From positions 63,430-127,429 of the forward strand of contig JAVBNW010000045.1 of assembly GCA_031551255.1 (NCBI GenBank): DNA of 64,000 nt, given 5' to 3'. This document shows, piece after piece, positions 25,504 to 34,416 of the stretch. A model generated the notes under the pieces. It ran no database searches. It saw nothing but the letters and a program-made list of their open reading frames with translations, and was not told the DNA's origin. Numbering within the stretch: position 1 is the first letter of the stretch; every line of letters starts with the position of its first letter. This DNA comes from Eubacteriales bacterium. Lineage in GTDB: Bacteria > Bacillota > Clostridia > Christensenellales > UBA1750. Both the position numbers and the translations under genes were made by a program.

Positions 25504-26988
25504 CTATGCCCCGCCGTCTACCAGAAGGTCGACGATTTGGCCCATCTGGGCGATATCGCAAACCGTGCCGTGCAAGACGGGCAGCGTGCGCAAATCGCGA
25601 AGAGGCGCGGGCATAGGGATGCCCGTCAACTGTTCGAGCCTATCCGCGCACGCAAACTCGCTCTCGGGCGTTTCGCCCTCGATCGCCCCGAGTACATCGC
25701 GCGAAAATTTATATGGACTGGCGGTGGCGACGAGCACCGTAGGCGTATGGTCGCCGGTGGAAGCGCGGTAATCGTCGTATACGGCGCGCGCAACGGCGGT
25801 ATGCGTGTCGAGCAGGTAGTGCTCCTCGCGCCACACCTTTTCGATGGTGGCCGCGACGCGCCCATCGTCGGCCCAACCGGCGGAAAATGCCTCTTGCATC
25901 TTGCGCACGCGTTCCCCGCCGATGCTGTAGCCGCCATTTTGCCGAAGCGAAGACATCCAGCGGCGCACGAGAGCCTCATCCCGGTCGCACAGGTCGAACA
26001 GCAGGCGCTCCAGGTTGGAGGAGATAAGAATATCCATCGAGGGCGAGGTGGTTAAGTGAAATTCGCGCTTGGTGCTGTAGTAACCCGACTGGATAAAATC
26101 GGTAAGCACGTTGTTGCGGTTACTGGCGCAAATGAGCTTATGCACGGGCAGGCCCATCTCCATCGCATACCACGCCGCGAGGATGTTGCCGAAGTTGCCG
26201 GTGGGCACCGCGAAATTGACCTTGTCGCCGGGCCGTATGGCCTCCGAGGCGATGAGATCGGCGTAGGCCGAAAAATAATAAGCCACCTGCGGTACCAGCC
26301 GCCCGAAGTTGATGGAATTTGCGCTGGAGAGGATGCGCCCCCGTGCGGCCTGCCGGGCGATGAATGCGTCGCTGCCGAACAACTGCTTAACGCCCGTCTG
26401 CGTGTCGTCAAAGTTGCCGTGCACCGCAGCTACGTAGACATTTGCGCCCGTCTGCGTGGCCATTTGCAGGCGTTGCGCCTCGGAAACGCCTCCGTCGGGA
26501 TAGAAGACCAGCACGCGTGTGCCGGGCACATCCGCAAAGCCCGCCAAGGCCGCCTTACCGGTATCTCCGGATGTCGCCACGAGGATCATGATCTCCTCAT
26601 CCACGCCCTGCTTTTTTCGTGCCAGCGTCAAAAGATGCGGCAAAAGCTGCAGCGCCATGTCTTTAAATGCGCTGGTCGGCCCGTGAAACAGCTCGAGCAT
26701 GTGGCAGGTGGGCAGCGTTACAAGTGGCGCGGGATGCCCGCCAAAGTGATCATAAGCGGCAGCGACGCAGGCTAAGAGCTCGTCCTTGGTATAATCGGCA
26801 AGGTACGGCTCCAGCACGTCGACAGCCCTCTTTTGATACGGAACGGAAGCCATAGCCGCAATTTCCTGGGTGGAGAAGGCAGGGTATTCTTCAGGCACAA
26901 AAAGCCCCCCGCCCGGCGCGATGCCCTTGAGAAAGGCCTGCGCGGCGGTGGCGGTAACGTTATGGTCTCTCGTGCTTATAAGACGCAT
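25504..26988 (-). CDS. thrC: Threonine synthase
   Basis: Track ORF runs to 26997 (GTG). The ATG at 26988 follows GGGAG with 8-nt spacing and gives MRLISTRDHN..., the typical M-x-x-ISTR start. The PLP-Lys motif is HGPTSAFKDMALQ. Confidence 0.92.
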   Translation of the reverse strand: MRLISTRDHNVTATAAQAFLKGIAPGGGLFVPEEYPAFSTQEIAAMASVPYQKRAVDVLEPYLADYTKDELLACVAAAYDHFGGHPAPLVTLPTCHMLELFHGPTSAFKDMALQLLPHLLTLARKKQGVDEEIMILVATSGDTGKAALAGFADVPGTRVLVFYPDGGVSEAQRLQMATQTGANVYVAAVHGNFDDTQTGVKQLFGSDAFIARQAARGRILSSANSINFGRLVPQVAYYFSAYADLIASEAIRPGDKVNFAVPTGNFGNILAAWYAMEMGLPVHKLICASNRNNVLTDFIQSGYYSTKREFHLTTSPSMDILISSNLERLLFDLCDRDEALVRRWMSSLRQNGGYSIGGERVRKMQEAFSAGWADDGRVAATIEKVWREEHYLLDTHTAVARAVYDDYRASTGDHTPTVLVATASPYKFSRDVLGAIEGETPESEFACADRLEQLTGIPMPAPLRDLRTLPVLHGTVCDIAQMGQIVDLLVDGGA

Positions 26989-27003
26989 GCTCCGCACTCC
27001 CGC

Positions 27004-27414
27004 TTAAATGATATACGGCTTGATAAAGTCAGGAGCCGCGTCGGGTTCGCCGCTTACGGAGATGACCACCGTGACGTTGTGCTTTTCCGCCATGTCGTCC
27101 AGGCGCTTGAAAAGCTCGCTAAGGTCGGCGAGATCCGCCTTGACGAGCCTTAGGAACCCGTCGATGTACAGGCAGGACATATCGTAGTTTGACGAGATGA
27201 TCCCGCACAGGAAGCCCAGGAACATGTCGGGGCTGGATACGGAGTACTCCGTTGCGTTGACAAAGCGAATCGCGTGGTGCAAGTCGAACATATAGCGGTT
27301 ATCGTCGTCGATGAACACGAGCGCTCCATCGTTCTCCTTGCTGGCTACGTTGGCCATATCGATGATCCGTTTGGTCTTGCCGGAACCCTTCCTTCCATAA
27401 ATAACCCGAATCAT
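27004..27414 (-). CDS. Minimal (136-aa) P-loop ATPase, uncharacterised
   Basis: Track ORF 27004..27807 is over-extended. ATG at 27414 follows AAGGAGGCG. Walker A is YGRKGSGKTKR and Walker B-like is ALVFIDDD. It ends 15 nt upstream of thrC. Confidence 0.7.
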   Translation of the reverse strand: MIRVIYGRKGSGKTKRIIDMANVASKENDGALVFIDDDNRYMFDLHHAIRFVNATEYSVSSPDMFLGFLCGIISSNYDMSCLYIDGFLRLVKADLADLSELFKRLDDMAEKHNVTVVISVSGEPDAAPDFIKPYII

Positions 27415-27685
27415 TGTGATGCGCCTCCTTCCAGTCTGTGAAGATATTATAACCGAAATGAGCGCCAGCGCCAAGCCCCGCGTGATCCGACGAGTGTGTA
27501 ACGCGGCACTTTTACCCGGCCTGCGCCAGGGAAATGCGGCAAGGCGCCCTTCGCGCTTCGCCGTCCGGCCCGCAGGGCCTTTCCTACTCGGTTGTACGAA
27601 AGCGACCGTTTGGGGGCCGTTGCCCTGGGCCTGTTCACAGCGCGCATTCTGTGGTAGGATACAAAAGATAGGGGAGGGAAAGCCG

Positions 27686-28723
27686 TTGTCCACATCAAAA
27701 AAAATGATGCTCAGGGCGAATATCCTATATGCGATTACGACGTACGGCCTCTTCGCGTTGATGCTTATCATCAGCGTTATCTCCGCGATGCTGGCCCTCG
27801 CGGGCAACCTTCGTTTTCTAAGCCCCTACACGGCTTCCTACAACATCGTGATGGTGGTTGCCGAGGCCGTGCCGACGGTGCTCCCCGGCGCGATCATGCT
27901 TTTGACCCGCTCGGGAAGGCCCATGCTCAAAACCATGCGTCTAGGCATCCGGCCTTCGGTGCTGCTCGCGATTCCCACCGCCGCCGTGGGCTATATTTTC
28001 ATATTGGGCATTACGTCGATTTGGACGGGCCTCCTTACTTCTATGGGCCTTGGTATGGAGCCCAGCGCGAGCGTTCCCCAGGGCGGCGTTCAGCTCGCAA
28101 GCTCGCTGGCGGTGATCGCCCTTTGCCCCGCGTTGTGCGAAGAGTTTTTATTTCGCGGGCTTATGCTGCCCGCGTATGAGCGATACTTTAAAAGCCCCGT
28201 CGCCGCAGTGGCTCTCACGGGCCTTGTGTTCGGGCTTATGCACGGCCAGGTGACGGGGGCGCCGGGGCATATCTTGCTGGGCCTTTTGTTTGGCGCCGTC
28301 GTAGTGCTCAGCGATTCGATCTGGGCGGGCGTGATTTTCCACTTCGTCAACAACGCGGTTGCGATGCTTTTGGCCTATGCGGCTACCGGATTTCAGCAAA
28401 ACTTTGGCATGTCCGCCGCGCAGGAGGCCGTCGGTTCCCAGCCCTTTGTGATGATGATGGGCGGAGGCGTATATGCGCTCGTCGGCGCGGCGGGCCTGGC
28501 CGGCTGCCTGGCGATATACTATGCTTGCTATAAGCGCGGCGCGCGCAAAAGGGTTTCTGCGCCGGAAGTGATCCTCCCCGAGGAGCTTGCCGCCCTTAAT
28601 CTTTCCGCCAAGCAGCCGGGAAGGTTCCTTTGCTGGCTACCGCTGCTTTTATCGGCGCCGATCGCCGTTACGAAATATGTATTGAGCTTTGCCACTATGT
28701 TGATGGGGGTCTTCCTGCCGTGA
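27686..28723 (+). CDS. CPBP family intramembrane glutamic endopeptidase (CAAX protease-like)
   Basis: Track ORF 27416..28723. GGGGAGGG, 7 nt and an in-frame TTG at 27686. Motifs are EEFLFRG, FGLMHG and HFVNN, with multiple TM segments. Confidence 0.82.
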   Translation: MSTSKKMMLRANILYAITTYGLFALMLIISVISAMLALAGNLRFLSPYTASYNIVMVVAEAVPTVLPGAIMLLTRSGRPMLKTMRLGIRPSVLLAIPTAAVGYIFILGITSIWTGLLTSMGLGMEPSASVPQGGVQLASSLAVIALCPALCEEFLFRGLMLPAYERYFKSPVAAVALTGLVFGLMHGQVTGAPGHILLGLLFGAVVVLSDSIWAGVIFHFVNNAVAMLLAYAATGFQQNFGMSAAQEAVGSQPFVMMMGGGVYALVGAAGLAGCLAIYYACYKRGARKRVSAPEVILPEELAALNLSAKQPGRFLCWLPLLLSAPIAVTKYVLSFATMLMGVFLP

Positions 28724-29187
28724 TGGGGAAGGCCCTTTTGCTGTGCGTGGGCAAGCTTAACGAACCCTACTTGCGCGAGGGCTGTGCAGAATACCAAAAG
28801 CGGCTTTCGCGCTATTTGAAGCTTTCGGTGGACGAGCTGCGCGACCGGCCGGATTCCATACCGGACGCGCGGGCGCTCCAGGAAGAAGCCCAGGAGCTTT
28901 TGCGCCGCGTTATGCCGGAGGATTACCTTATTGCGCTGGCGATCGGCGGGGATTCGCCGGATTCCCCCGCCCTTTCGCGCGGCCTCGTCAAGACGCTTTC
29001 TTCAGGCAAGCGGATCGTGTTTGCCATCGGGTCGTCCCGCGGGCTTTCGGATCGCCTGCTTGAGCGCGCGAACGAAAAGCTTTCGCTCTCGCCGATGACC
29101 TTTCCACATGGGTTGGCGCGGCTTATGCTGCTTGAACAACTGTATAGGGCCTGCCGGATCGCCTTGGGAGAGGCATATCACAAATGA
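28723..29187 (+). CDS. rlmH: 23S rRNA (pseudouridine1915-N3)-methyltransferase RlmH
   Basis: The ATG overlaps the upstream TGA (TGATG). The 154-aa product reads MGKALLLCVGKLNEPYLREGCAEYQKRL...SLSPMTFPHGLARLMLLEQLYRA. Confidence 0.9.
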   Translation: MGKALLLCVGKLNEPYLREGCAEYQKRLSRYLKLSVDELRDRPDSIPDARALQEEAQELLRRVMPEDYLIALAIGGDSPDSPALSRGLVKTLSSGKRIVFAIGSSRGLSDRLLERANEKLSLSPMTFPHGLARLMLLEQLYRACRIALGEAYHK

Positions 29188-29226
29188 TCCGTCGTAGAGT
29201 GCGTGCGGCCGAAGGGAGCAATTTTA

Positions 29227-29979
29227 TTGGATACGTCGTCGAAATTCACGGGCAAGGCGGATGTGTATGCGAAATATCGCCCCGCTTACCCCGACGAGTG
29301 CATTCGCTATTTGGCGGACGGCGCGGGCCTCAGGGGCGCGGTCGTAGCCGATATAGGAGCGGGAACGGGCATTTTCACCCGCCTCATTGCGCGCGTCGCA
29401 CAATCGGTATACGCCGTGGAGCCTAACCCCGATATGATCAGGATGTGTATAGAGCAAGGTGCGGGGTATGAAAATATAGAGTATCGCTCAGCCGCGGCGG
29501 AACAGACCGGCCTTCCCAACGCGAGCGTTCATTCGATTACCGTCGCCCAGGCGTTTCATTGGTTGGACGCTGCGCGCTTTCGGGCGGAGGCGGCGCGGAT
29601 TTTACGCACGGGCGGCAAGGTTTTTATTATCTACAACACCCGTGCGAAGGACAACGCCTTTGCCCGGGAGTACGGCGAGTTGTGTGCGGCGCTGTGCCCG
29701 GGTTTTCACGGCTTCGAGGGAGGCTTTGGCCGCGCGGTCGGCGCGCTTCATCATTTTTTTGCGGAAGGCCGCTACGAAGAGCGGATCTTTCCCAACGACT
29801 TAACGCTCACCTTCGAAGAGTTCCTGGGCCGCAGCCTGTCGTCGTCCTACGCGCCGAGGGAGGGCGACGCCCAGCACGCCGCCTTCGTTTTAGGGCTGAA
29901 GGCATTGTTTTCTAGGCATGCTTTACAAGGCGCGCTGTTGATGCCCAATACAACGCGGATCTATATGGGGCGCGTATGA
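29227..29979 (+). CDS. Class I SAM-dependent methyltransferase
   Basis: Track ORF starts at 29203. GGGAG, 8 nt and a TTG at 29227 give (M)DTSSKFTGKADVYAKYRPAYP. SAM motif I is VADIGAGTGIFT. Confidence 0.8.
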   Translation: MDTSSKFTGKADVYAKYRPAYPDECIRYLADGAGLRGAVVADIGAGTGIFTRLIARVAQSVYAVEPNPDMIRMCIEQGAGYENIEYRSAAAEQTGLPNASVHSITVAQAFHWLDAARFRAEAARILRTGGKVFIIYNTRAKDNAFAREYGELCAALCPGFHGFEGGFGRAVGALHHFFAEGRYEERIFPNDLTLTFEEFLGRSLSSSYAPREGDAQHAAFVLGLKALFSRHALQGALLMPNTTRIYMGRV

Positions 29980-30095
29980 TCGGGCGTCATGCGATGAGAA
30001 CCTAAATCCGCCGGGGATTCTCATGCGGCATTTCTATACGGAACTTCCGCTATTTTTTAGCGAAGCTCAATATATGGCATAAGGGGAGGAAATAA

Positions 30096-31247
30096 ATGGA
30101 ATCGGCAATTCTCAAGCTCCTGGAGGGGGCGGCACAGTTTACGGCGCCGGGCGGATGGCGCTATATCGTTATGATCCTGGTGGGTCTTGTGCTGATCGCG
30201 TTGGCCATTGTGAAAAAGTACGAGCCGCTGCTGCTTTTGCCGATCGGTTTTGGCTGCATTCTATGCAATATACCGCTCTCGCATGCGGTGGGCGAAGAGG
30301 GCTTTCTCACGGTTTTGTATAGCGCCGGCATCGCCAACGAGCTTTTTCCGGTTTTGCTGTTTATCGGCATCGGCGCGATGATCGACTTTAATCCCCTGTT
30401 CACCCAGCCCGTCACGCTTTTCTTCGGCGCGGCGGCGCAATTTGGCATCTTTATGGCGATGCTGCTGGCGGTATGTTGCAACTTCTTCCTGCCCGAGCCC
30501 TTTTCGATGCAGGAAGCCGCCGCAATTGGCATCATCGGCGCGGCGGACGGCCCAAGCGCTATTTTTGTCGGCCAGCTGTTCGCCCCGAAATATATCGGTT
30601 CCATCATGGTGGCGGCATACAGTTATATGTCGCTCGTGCCCATCATACAGCCGCCGGTCGTCAAGGCGCTCACCACCCGCAAGGAGCGCAGAATCCGCAT
30701 GGGCGCGGAGTACGGGAAAAAGGCTCCGACGTATGTACGCATCCTGTTCCCCATCATCGTAACGCTGGTGGCGGGCATCATCGCGCCTATGTCCACCTCC
30801 CTGATCGGCGCGCTGATGTTTGGCAATCTCTTGCGCGAGTGCGGCGTGGCGCAAAAGCTGTCCACTGCCGCACAGAACGAGCTGAGCAGCCTGATTACGC
30901 TTTTGCTGGGCATCACCATAGGCTCGACCATGCGCGCGCAGGAGTTTATTACCATACACACCGCCATCATTCTGGGCATCGGCCTTCTGGCGTTTGTGTT
31001 TGATACCGCAGGCGGCGTGCTGTTTGCAAAGCTTATAAATCTTTTCCTTCCCAAGGAGAGGAAGGTAAACCCGATGATCGGCGCGTGCGGTATTTCGGCG
31101 TTTCCGATGAGCGCGCGCATCATTCAAAAAATGGCCCAGCAGGAAGATCCGGAAAACTTTATTCTTATGCCTGCCATCGGCGCGAACGTCGCCGGGCAGG
31201 TGGGCTCGATTATCGCCGCGGCGATGATCCTGAGCATCTTCGGTTAG
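30096..31247 (+). CDS. Na+-translocating decarboxylase beta subunit (OadB/GcdB/MmdB family)
   Basis: 383-aa polytopic ORF: ...KKYEPLLLLPIGFGCILCNIP...GIIGAADGPSAIF...MIGACGISAFPMSARI.... RBS is AAGGGGAGGAA. Confidence 0.88.
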   Translation: MESAILKLLEGAAQFTAPGGWRYIVMILVGLVLIALAIVKKYEPLLLLPIGFGCILCNIPLSHAVGEEGFLTVLYSAGIANELFPVLLFIGIGAMIDFNPLFTQPVTLFFGAAAQFGIFMAMLLAVCCNFFLPEPFSMQEAAAIGIIGAADGPSAIFVGQLFAPKYIGSIMVAAYSYMSLVPIIQPPVVKALTTRKERRIRMGAEYGKKAPTYVRILFPIIVTLVAGIIAPMSTSLIGALMFGNLLRECGVAQKLSTAAQNELSSLITLLLGITIGSTMRAQEFITIHTAIILGIGLLAFVFDTAGGVLFAKLINLFLPKERKVNPMIGACGISAFPMSARIIQKMAQQEDPENFILMPAIGANVAGQVGSIIAAAMILSIFG

Positions 31248-31259
31248 GAGGGATTGCGC

Positions 31260-31394
31260 ATGTCTACATCCGATGTCGGCAAGATGATTCTCGAGGCGCT
31301 GCGCGCGATGGCGATCGGCATACCCGGCGTATTTGCGGTGCTGGCGGTGTTTTACGGCGCGCTGAAGTTGCTCATGCTGAAGGCGAAGCAGTAG
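31260..31394 (+). CDS. Small membrane protein, OadG/decarboxylase gamma-like (44 aa)
   Basis: Not in the track because it is under 60 aa. GGAGGG and 7 nt precede the ATG at 31260. Sequence: MSTSDVGKMILEALRAMAIGIPGVFAVLAVFYGALKLLMLKAKQ*. It has a single TM segment and sits immediately after the beta subunit. Confidence 0.6.
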   Translation: MSTSDVGKMILEALRAMAIGIPGVFAVLAVFYGALKLLMLKAKQ

Positions 31395-31452
31395 CGGGAA
31401 GCGGCGCTTGGTGCTATGATGGATCAAAATGCAAGCGGGAGGGGGAGCTACT

Positions 31453-32637
31453 TTGTCCAATACCATTGTGCCCGCCGGCTTTGCCGGCGCATCCAGGACG
31501 CTGAACGAGTTCGTTTCCAAAGGGGAGGTTGCCGGAGGGGCGGCGCTTGTGCTTCGGCACGGCGAGGTCGCCTATAGGGATTACGCGGGCTATGCCGACC
31601 TTGAGGCGCGACAGCCCATCGCCGAGGATACCATTTACGCGATCTACTCCATGTCCAAGGTGATTACCTCCGTCGCTCTTTTAAAGCTCTATGAGGCGGG
31701 ACTTTTCCACATGCACCAGCCCATAGGCGACTTTTTACCCAATTATAAACAGCAACAGGTTGCCCTGGAGGTGGAGCCGGGCAAGGTGGAGCTCGTGCCC
31801 GCAAAATCTCCGGTGACGATGAAGCAGCTCTTCACTATGACTTCCGGCATTTCCTACCCCAACCCCGACACGCCCGCAGGCCGTTCGATGGAAGAGCTGC
31901 AGGAGGGTTTTCGCAAAGCGGGCAAAGATCTGGTTACAAAGGATTTTGTCAATGAAGCGGCCAAGGCGGCGCTGGCATTTCACCCGGGCGAAAGGTATAT
32001 GTACGGCTTTTCGACCGACGTGCTGGGCGGCGTGCTGGAGGCCATTACCGGCAAACGCCTGGGCGACTATATGCGCGAGGAAATTTTCGAGCCGCTAGGC
32101 ATGAAGGACGCAGGGTTTTACCTTACCCAAGAACAGCTCTCGCGCACAGCCGCTATCTACAGGGCGCAAGACGGCAAGCTTACCAAGGTGCCTAGCGAGG
32201 AGACCCGCGCCGGAACCGAGCGCCCTAATTTTGAAAGCGGCGGGGGCGGGCTGTTCTGCTCCATAGGCGATTATGCTCGCTTTGGGCAGATGCTCCTGAA
32301 CGGCGGCGCGCTGGATGGGCAGCGCATCCTTGGGCGCAAGACCGTGGAACTGATGAGAACCGACCACCTCACGCCTGCGCAGGCCGCTACGTTTGACTTT
32401 CGCGAGGGAAGCCAGCGCGGCTGCGGCTATGGGCTATGCGTGCGCGTGCGCAACGACACCGCCTATGCAGGGCTTAACATTTCCCGCGGCGAGTTCGGAT
32501 GGGACGGCGCGGCGGGCACGTGGTTTTCCGCCGACCCTGAGGAGGATGCCGTGCTGCTGTTTATGATTCAGCGCTTCCCCGGCGGACAGGACTGGATGCA
32601 CTACCGCATGCTGGCCGGTATGTATGCGGGGCTATAA
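31453..32637 (+). CDS. Beta-lactamase-fold serine hydrolase
   Basis: Track ORF starts at 31429. GGGAGGGGGA is followed by an in-frame TTG at 31453. SxxK motif in IYSMSKVITSVALLKLYEAG. Confidence 0.8.
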   Translation: MSNTIVPAGFAGASRTLNEFVSKGEVAGGAALVLRHGEVAYRDYAGYADLEARQPIAEDTIYAIYSMSKVITSVALLKLYEAGLFHMHQPIGDFLPNYKQQQVALEVEPGKVELVPAKSPVTMKQLFTMTSGISYPNPDTPAGRSMEELQEGFRKAGKDLVTKDFVNEAAKAALAFHPGERYMYGFSTDVLGGVLEAITGKRLGDYMREEIFEPLGMKDAGFYLTQEQLSRTAAIYRAQDGKLTKVPSEETRAGTERPNFESGGGGLFCSIGDYARFGQMLLNGGALDGQRILGRKTVELMRTDHLTPAQAATFDFREGSQRGCGYGLCVRVRNDTAYAGLNISRGEFGWDGAAGTWFSADPEEDAVLLFMIQRFPGGQDWMHYRMLAGMYAGL

Positions 32638-32679
32638 CGCCGTTAGGTTACCCCGGTAAATTTTTGTCTTCATCGGTGC

Positions 32680-32722
32680 AAAGCCCCCGCGCGATTGCCT
32701 ATCGCGCGGGGGCTTTTATTTT
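32680..32722. terminator. Terminator between convergent genes
   Basis: aaagcccccgcgcgat-tgcct-atcgcgcgggggcttt (perfect stem of at least 15 bp) followed by tatttt. Confidence 0.85.
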
Positions 32723-32750
32723 ACAGTAGCGATTGTATGCCGTGCGGGTT

Positions 32751-34085
32751 TTAGTTGGCGTTTGAAACGCGGTCCGACACGCTCAGAACGCGGGTGTTGG
32801 TCGTATCGCTGCCGATGATGTAGCCGGTGAACACGACCGTTACGTTCTTATCGATGGACAACCCCCTCGCCTGCGTGGTATCCGCATCGACGGTGGAAAA
32901 GCTCAGCGTTCTTCCGTCCGAGGTTTTGATGGTGAGCGTATTCATCGTCGCGTCGACAATCGTGCCGGAGACGGAGAGCTGCCCCAGTAAGGTATGTTTT
33001 TCGACTTTCACGACCGTAGCCCCGGAAGCATCGGAGCCGCTGATCGTGCCCGAGTAGGATACCATTACCTCGGTGCCCGCGCTCCAATCCTTAACCGGCG
33101 TGGCGCTGCCCATTTCCGTTGCGAAGGTGAGCTTTGTGCCGCCGGAAGTGCGGATGGTGAGGGAATTTGTACCGGTTTCGACCAGCTTGCCAATTACGCA
33201 GGATGTGATAAGGGGGTAATACCCGGCGATCTTGGTTACTTGCGCAAGAGAGGTATCCGAGCCCTGAACCGTGCCGGTGTAGGTGACGGTGATTTGCTTG
33301 CCGATGGTCAGCCCGCCCATGTGGGATCTATTGGCCTTATCGGTCGCAAAGCTCAGCTTTCTGCCGTCGGAAGTCTTGATGGACACCGTGTTCATCGTAG
33401 CATCCACCACCGTACCTACGATGGAGCGGGTTTCCGAACCCAGCGGATAGACGAACCTGGGCGTTCCGCCGACGCCCGGCGCGAGCTCGTATTTGTCGTA
33501 GATGAATACGAGGGCCCCGTCGGTGCTCATGTAAAAGGCGGTGCTTTCATCTACCGTAGGATAAGTGCCGGCTGTGAGCTGATACTTTTCGGAGTTTTGC
33601 TTCACTTCATTTAGGAGGTAGGTCCACGCGGTATTGTAGGCGTCGTCCCCGAGCAGATCTTTGAGAGCGTAGAGCTTATACGAGCGCTGGTCGAGCACGA
33701 TCGTGCCTACGATGTCGGAGCCGGTGTTGCCAAAGCTCACGCTGCCGTGCATCACCAAGGACAGATATGCGCCGCTTTCGTATGTTTCGTAGGTAAAGGA
33801 TACCGAAGGATAGCGACCGTCGACCGGCTTTGCCGTATCCATCACCTTGGTGTAGAAAGATGATACGATTCCGTCAAGCTTTGCGGCGAAGTTTGCGTCG
33901 GAAATGCCGGAAAACTTTGGCAGGCCGCCGGTGATGGTGTTCATCGTGCTATGGAAGGTAGAGGGCTCAACCGTATAGAGCGGCGTGGTGACCTTGGTAG
34001 GAATCTCCGCTGCCTGAGCCGTGCTCATCCACCCTAATGTCATCAGCATGGATAAGGTCAGAAGCAAAGCGAATGTCTTTTTCAT
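32751..34085 (-). CDS. Secreted protein: N-terminal DUF3298/RsiV-PdaC-like region plus three ~70-aa tandem repeat domains
   Basis: Track ORF runs to 34214. ATG at 34085 gives the signal peptide MKKTFALLLTLSMLMTLGWMSTAQA. The triple repeat reads GT(V/I)VDATMNT(V/L)(S/T)IKTSDGR.LSF.T...VT(V)..TG...GSD. Confidence 0.7.
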   Translation of the reverse strand: MKKTFALLLTLSMLMTLGWMSTAQAAEIPTKVTTPLYTVEPSTFHSTMNTITGGLPKFSGISDANFAAKLDGIVSSFYTKVMDTAKPVDGRYPSVSFTYETYESGAYLSLVMHGSVSFGNTGSDIVGTIVLDQRSYKLYALKDLLGDDAYNTAWTYLLNEVKQNSEKYQLTAGTYPTVDESTAFYMSTDGALVFIYDKYELAPGVGGTPRFVYPLGSETRSIVGTVVDATMNTVSIKTSDGRKLSFATDKANRSHMGGLTIGKQITVTYTGTVQGSDTSLAQVTKIAGYYPLITSCVIGKLVETGTNSLTIRTSGGTKLTFATEMGSATPVKDWSAGTEVMVSYSGTISGSDASGATVVKVEKHTLLGQLSVSGTIVDATMNTLTIKTSDGRTLSFSTVDADTTQARGLSIDKNVTVVFTGYIIGSDTTNTRVLSVSDRVSNAN

Positions 34086-34416
34086 CGTGTAATCTTCCTT
34101 TCCGTCGTGAGTGCGCGCCTGAACAACATTGCCGTTTTCGGCGACCGCAGCCTTTTCAGGCGTTTTGTGCTGGCTACGCTTATTAAACGTGCGCGCGGAA
34201 AGAAAGTTATGCACGTTTTGTGAAGAAATTGTGGCAGAGTATGAAGCAATGTGATGTCTTAAGTGCGACTAAAAATGATGCGGAGCCTCCGCTGCCCTGA
34301 GTGCGCCGCACCGCGGGTTTTACTTCTTTGCATCCGCCGCGAACCACTTATACCTTCCATACATAGGATGCACTATGCCCGATTCTATCCGGGCGGATGC
34401 AAAGGAGGAAGCAGAT

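Noticed and set aside
30261-31520. 419-aa minus-strand ORF
   Set aside because: It is antisense to the well-supported decarboxylase beta-subunit gene. Its product is Arg/His/Gly/Asp-rich and low-complexity, as expected from the reverse frame of a GC-rich gene. There is no RBS.
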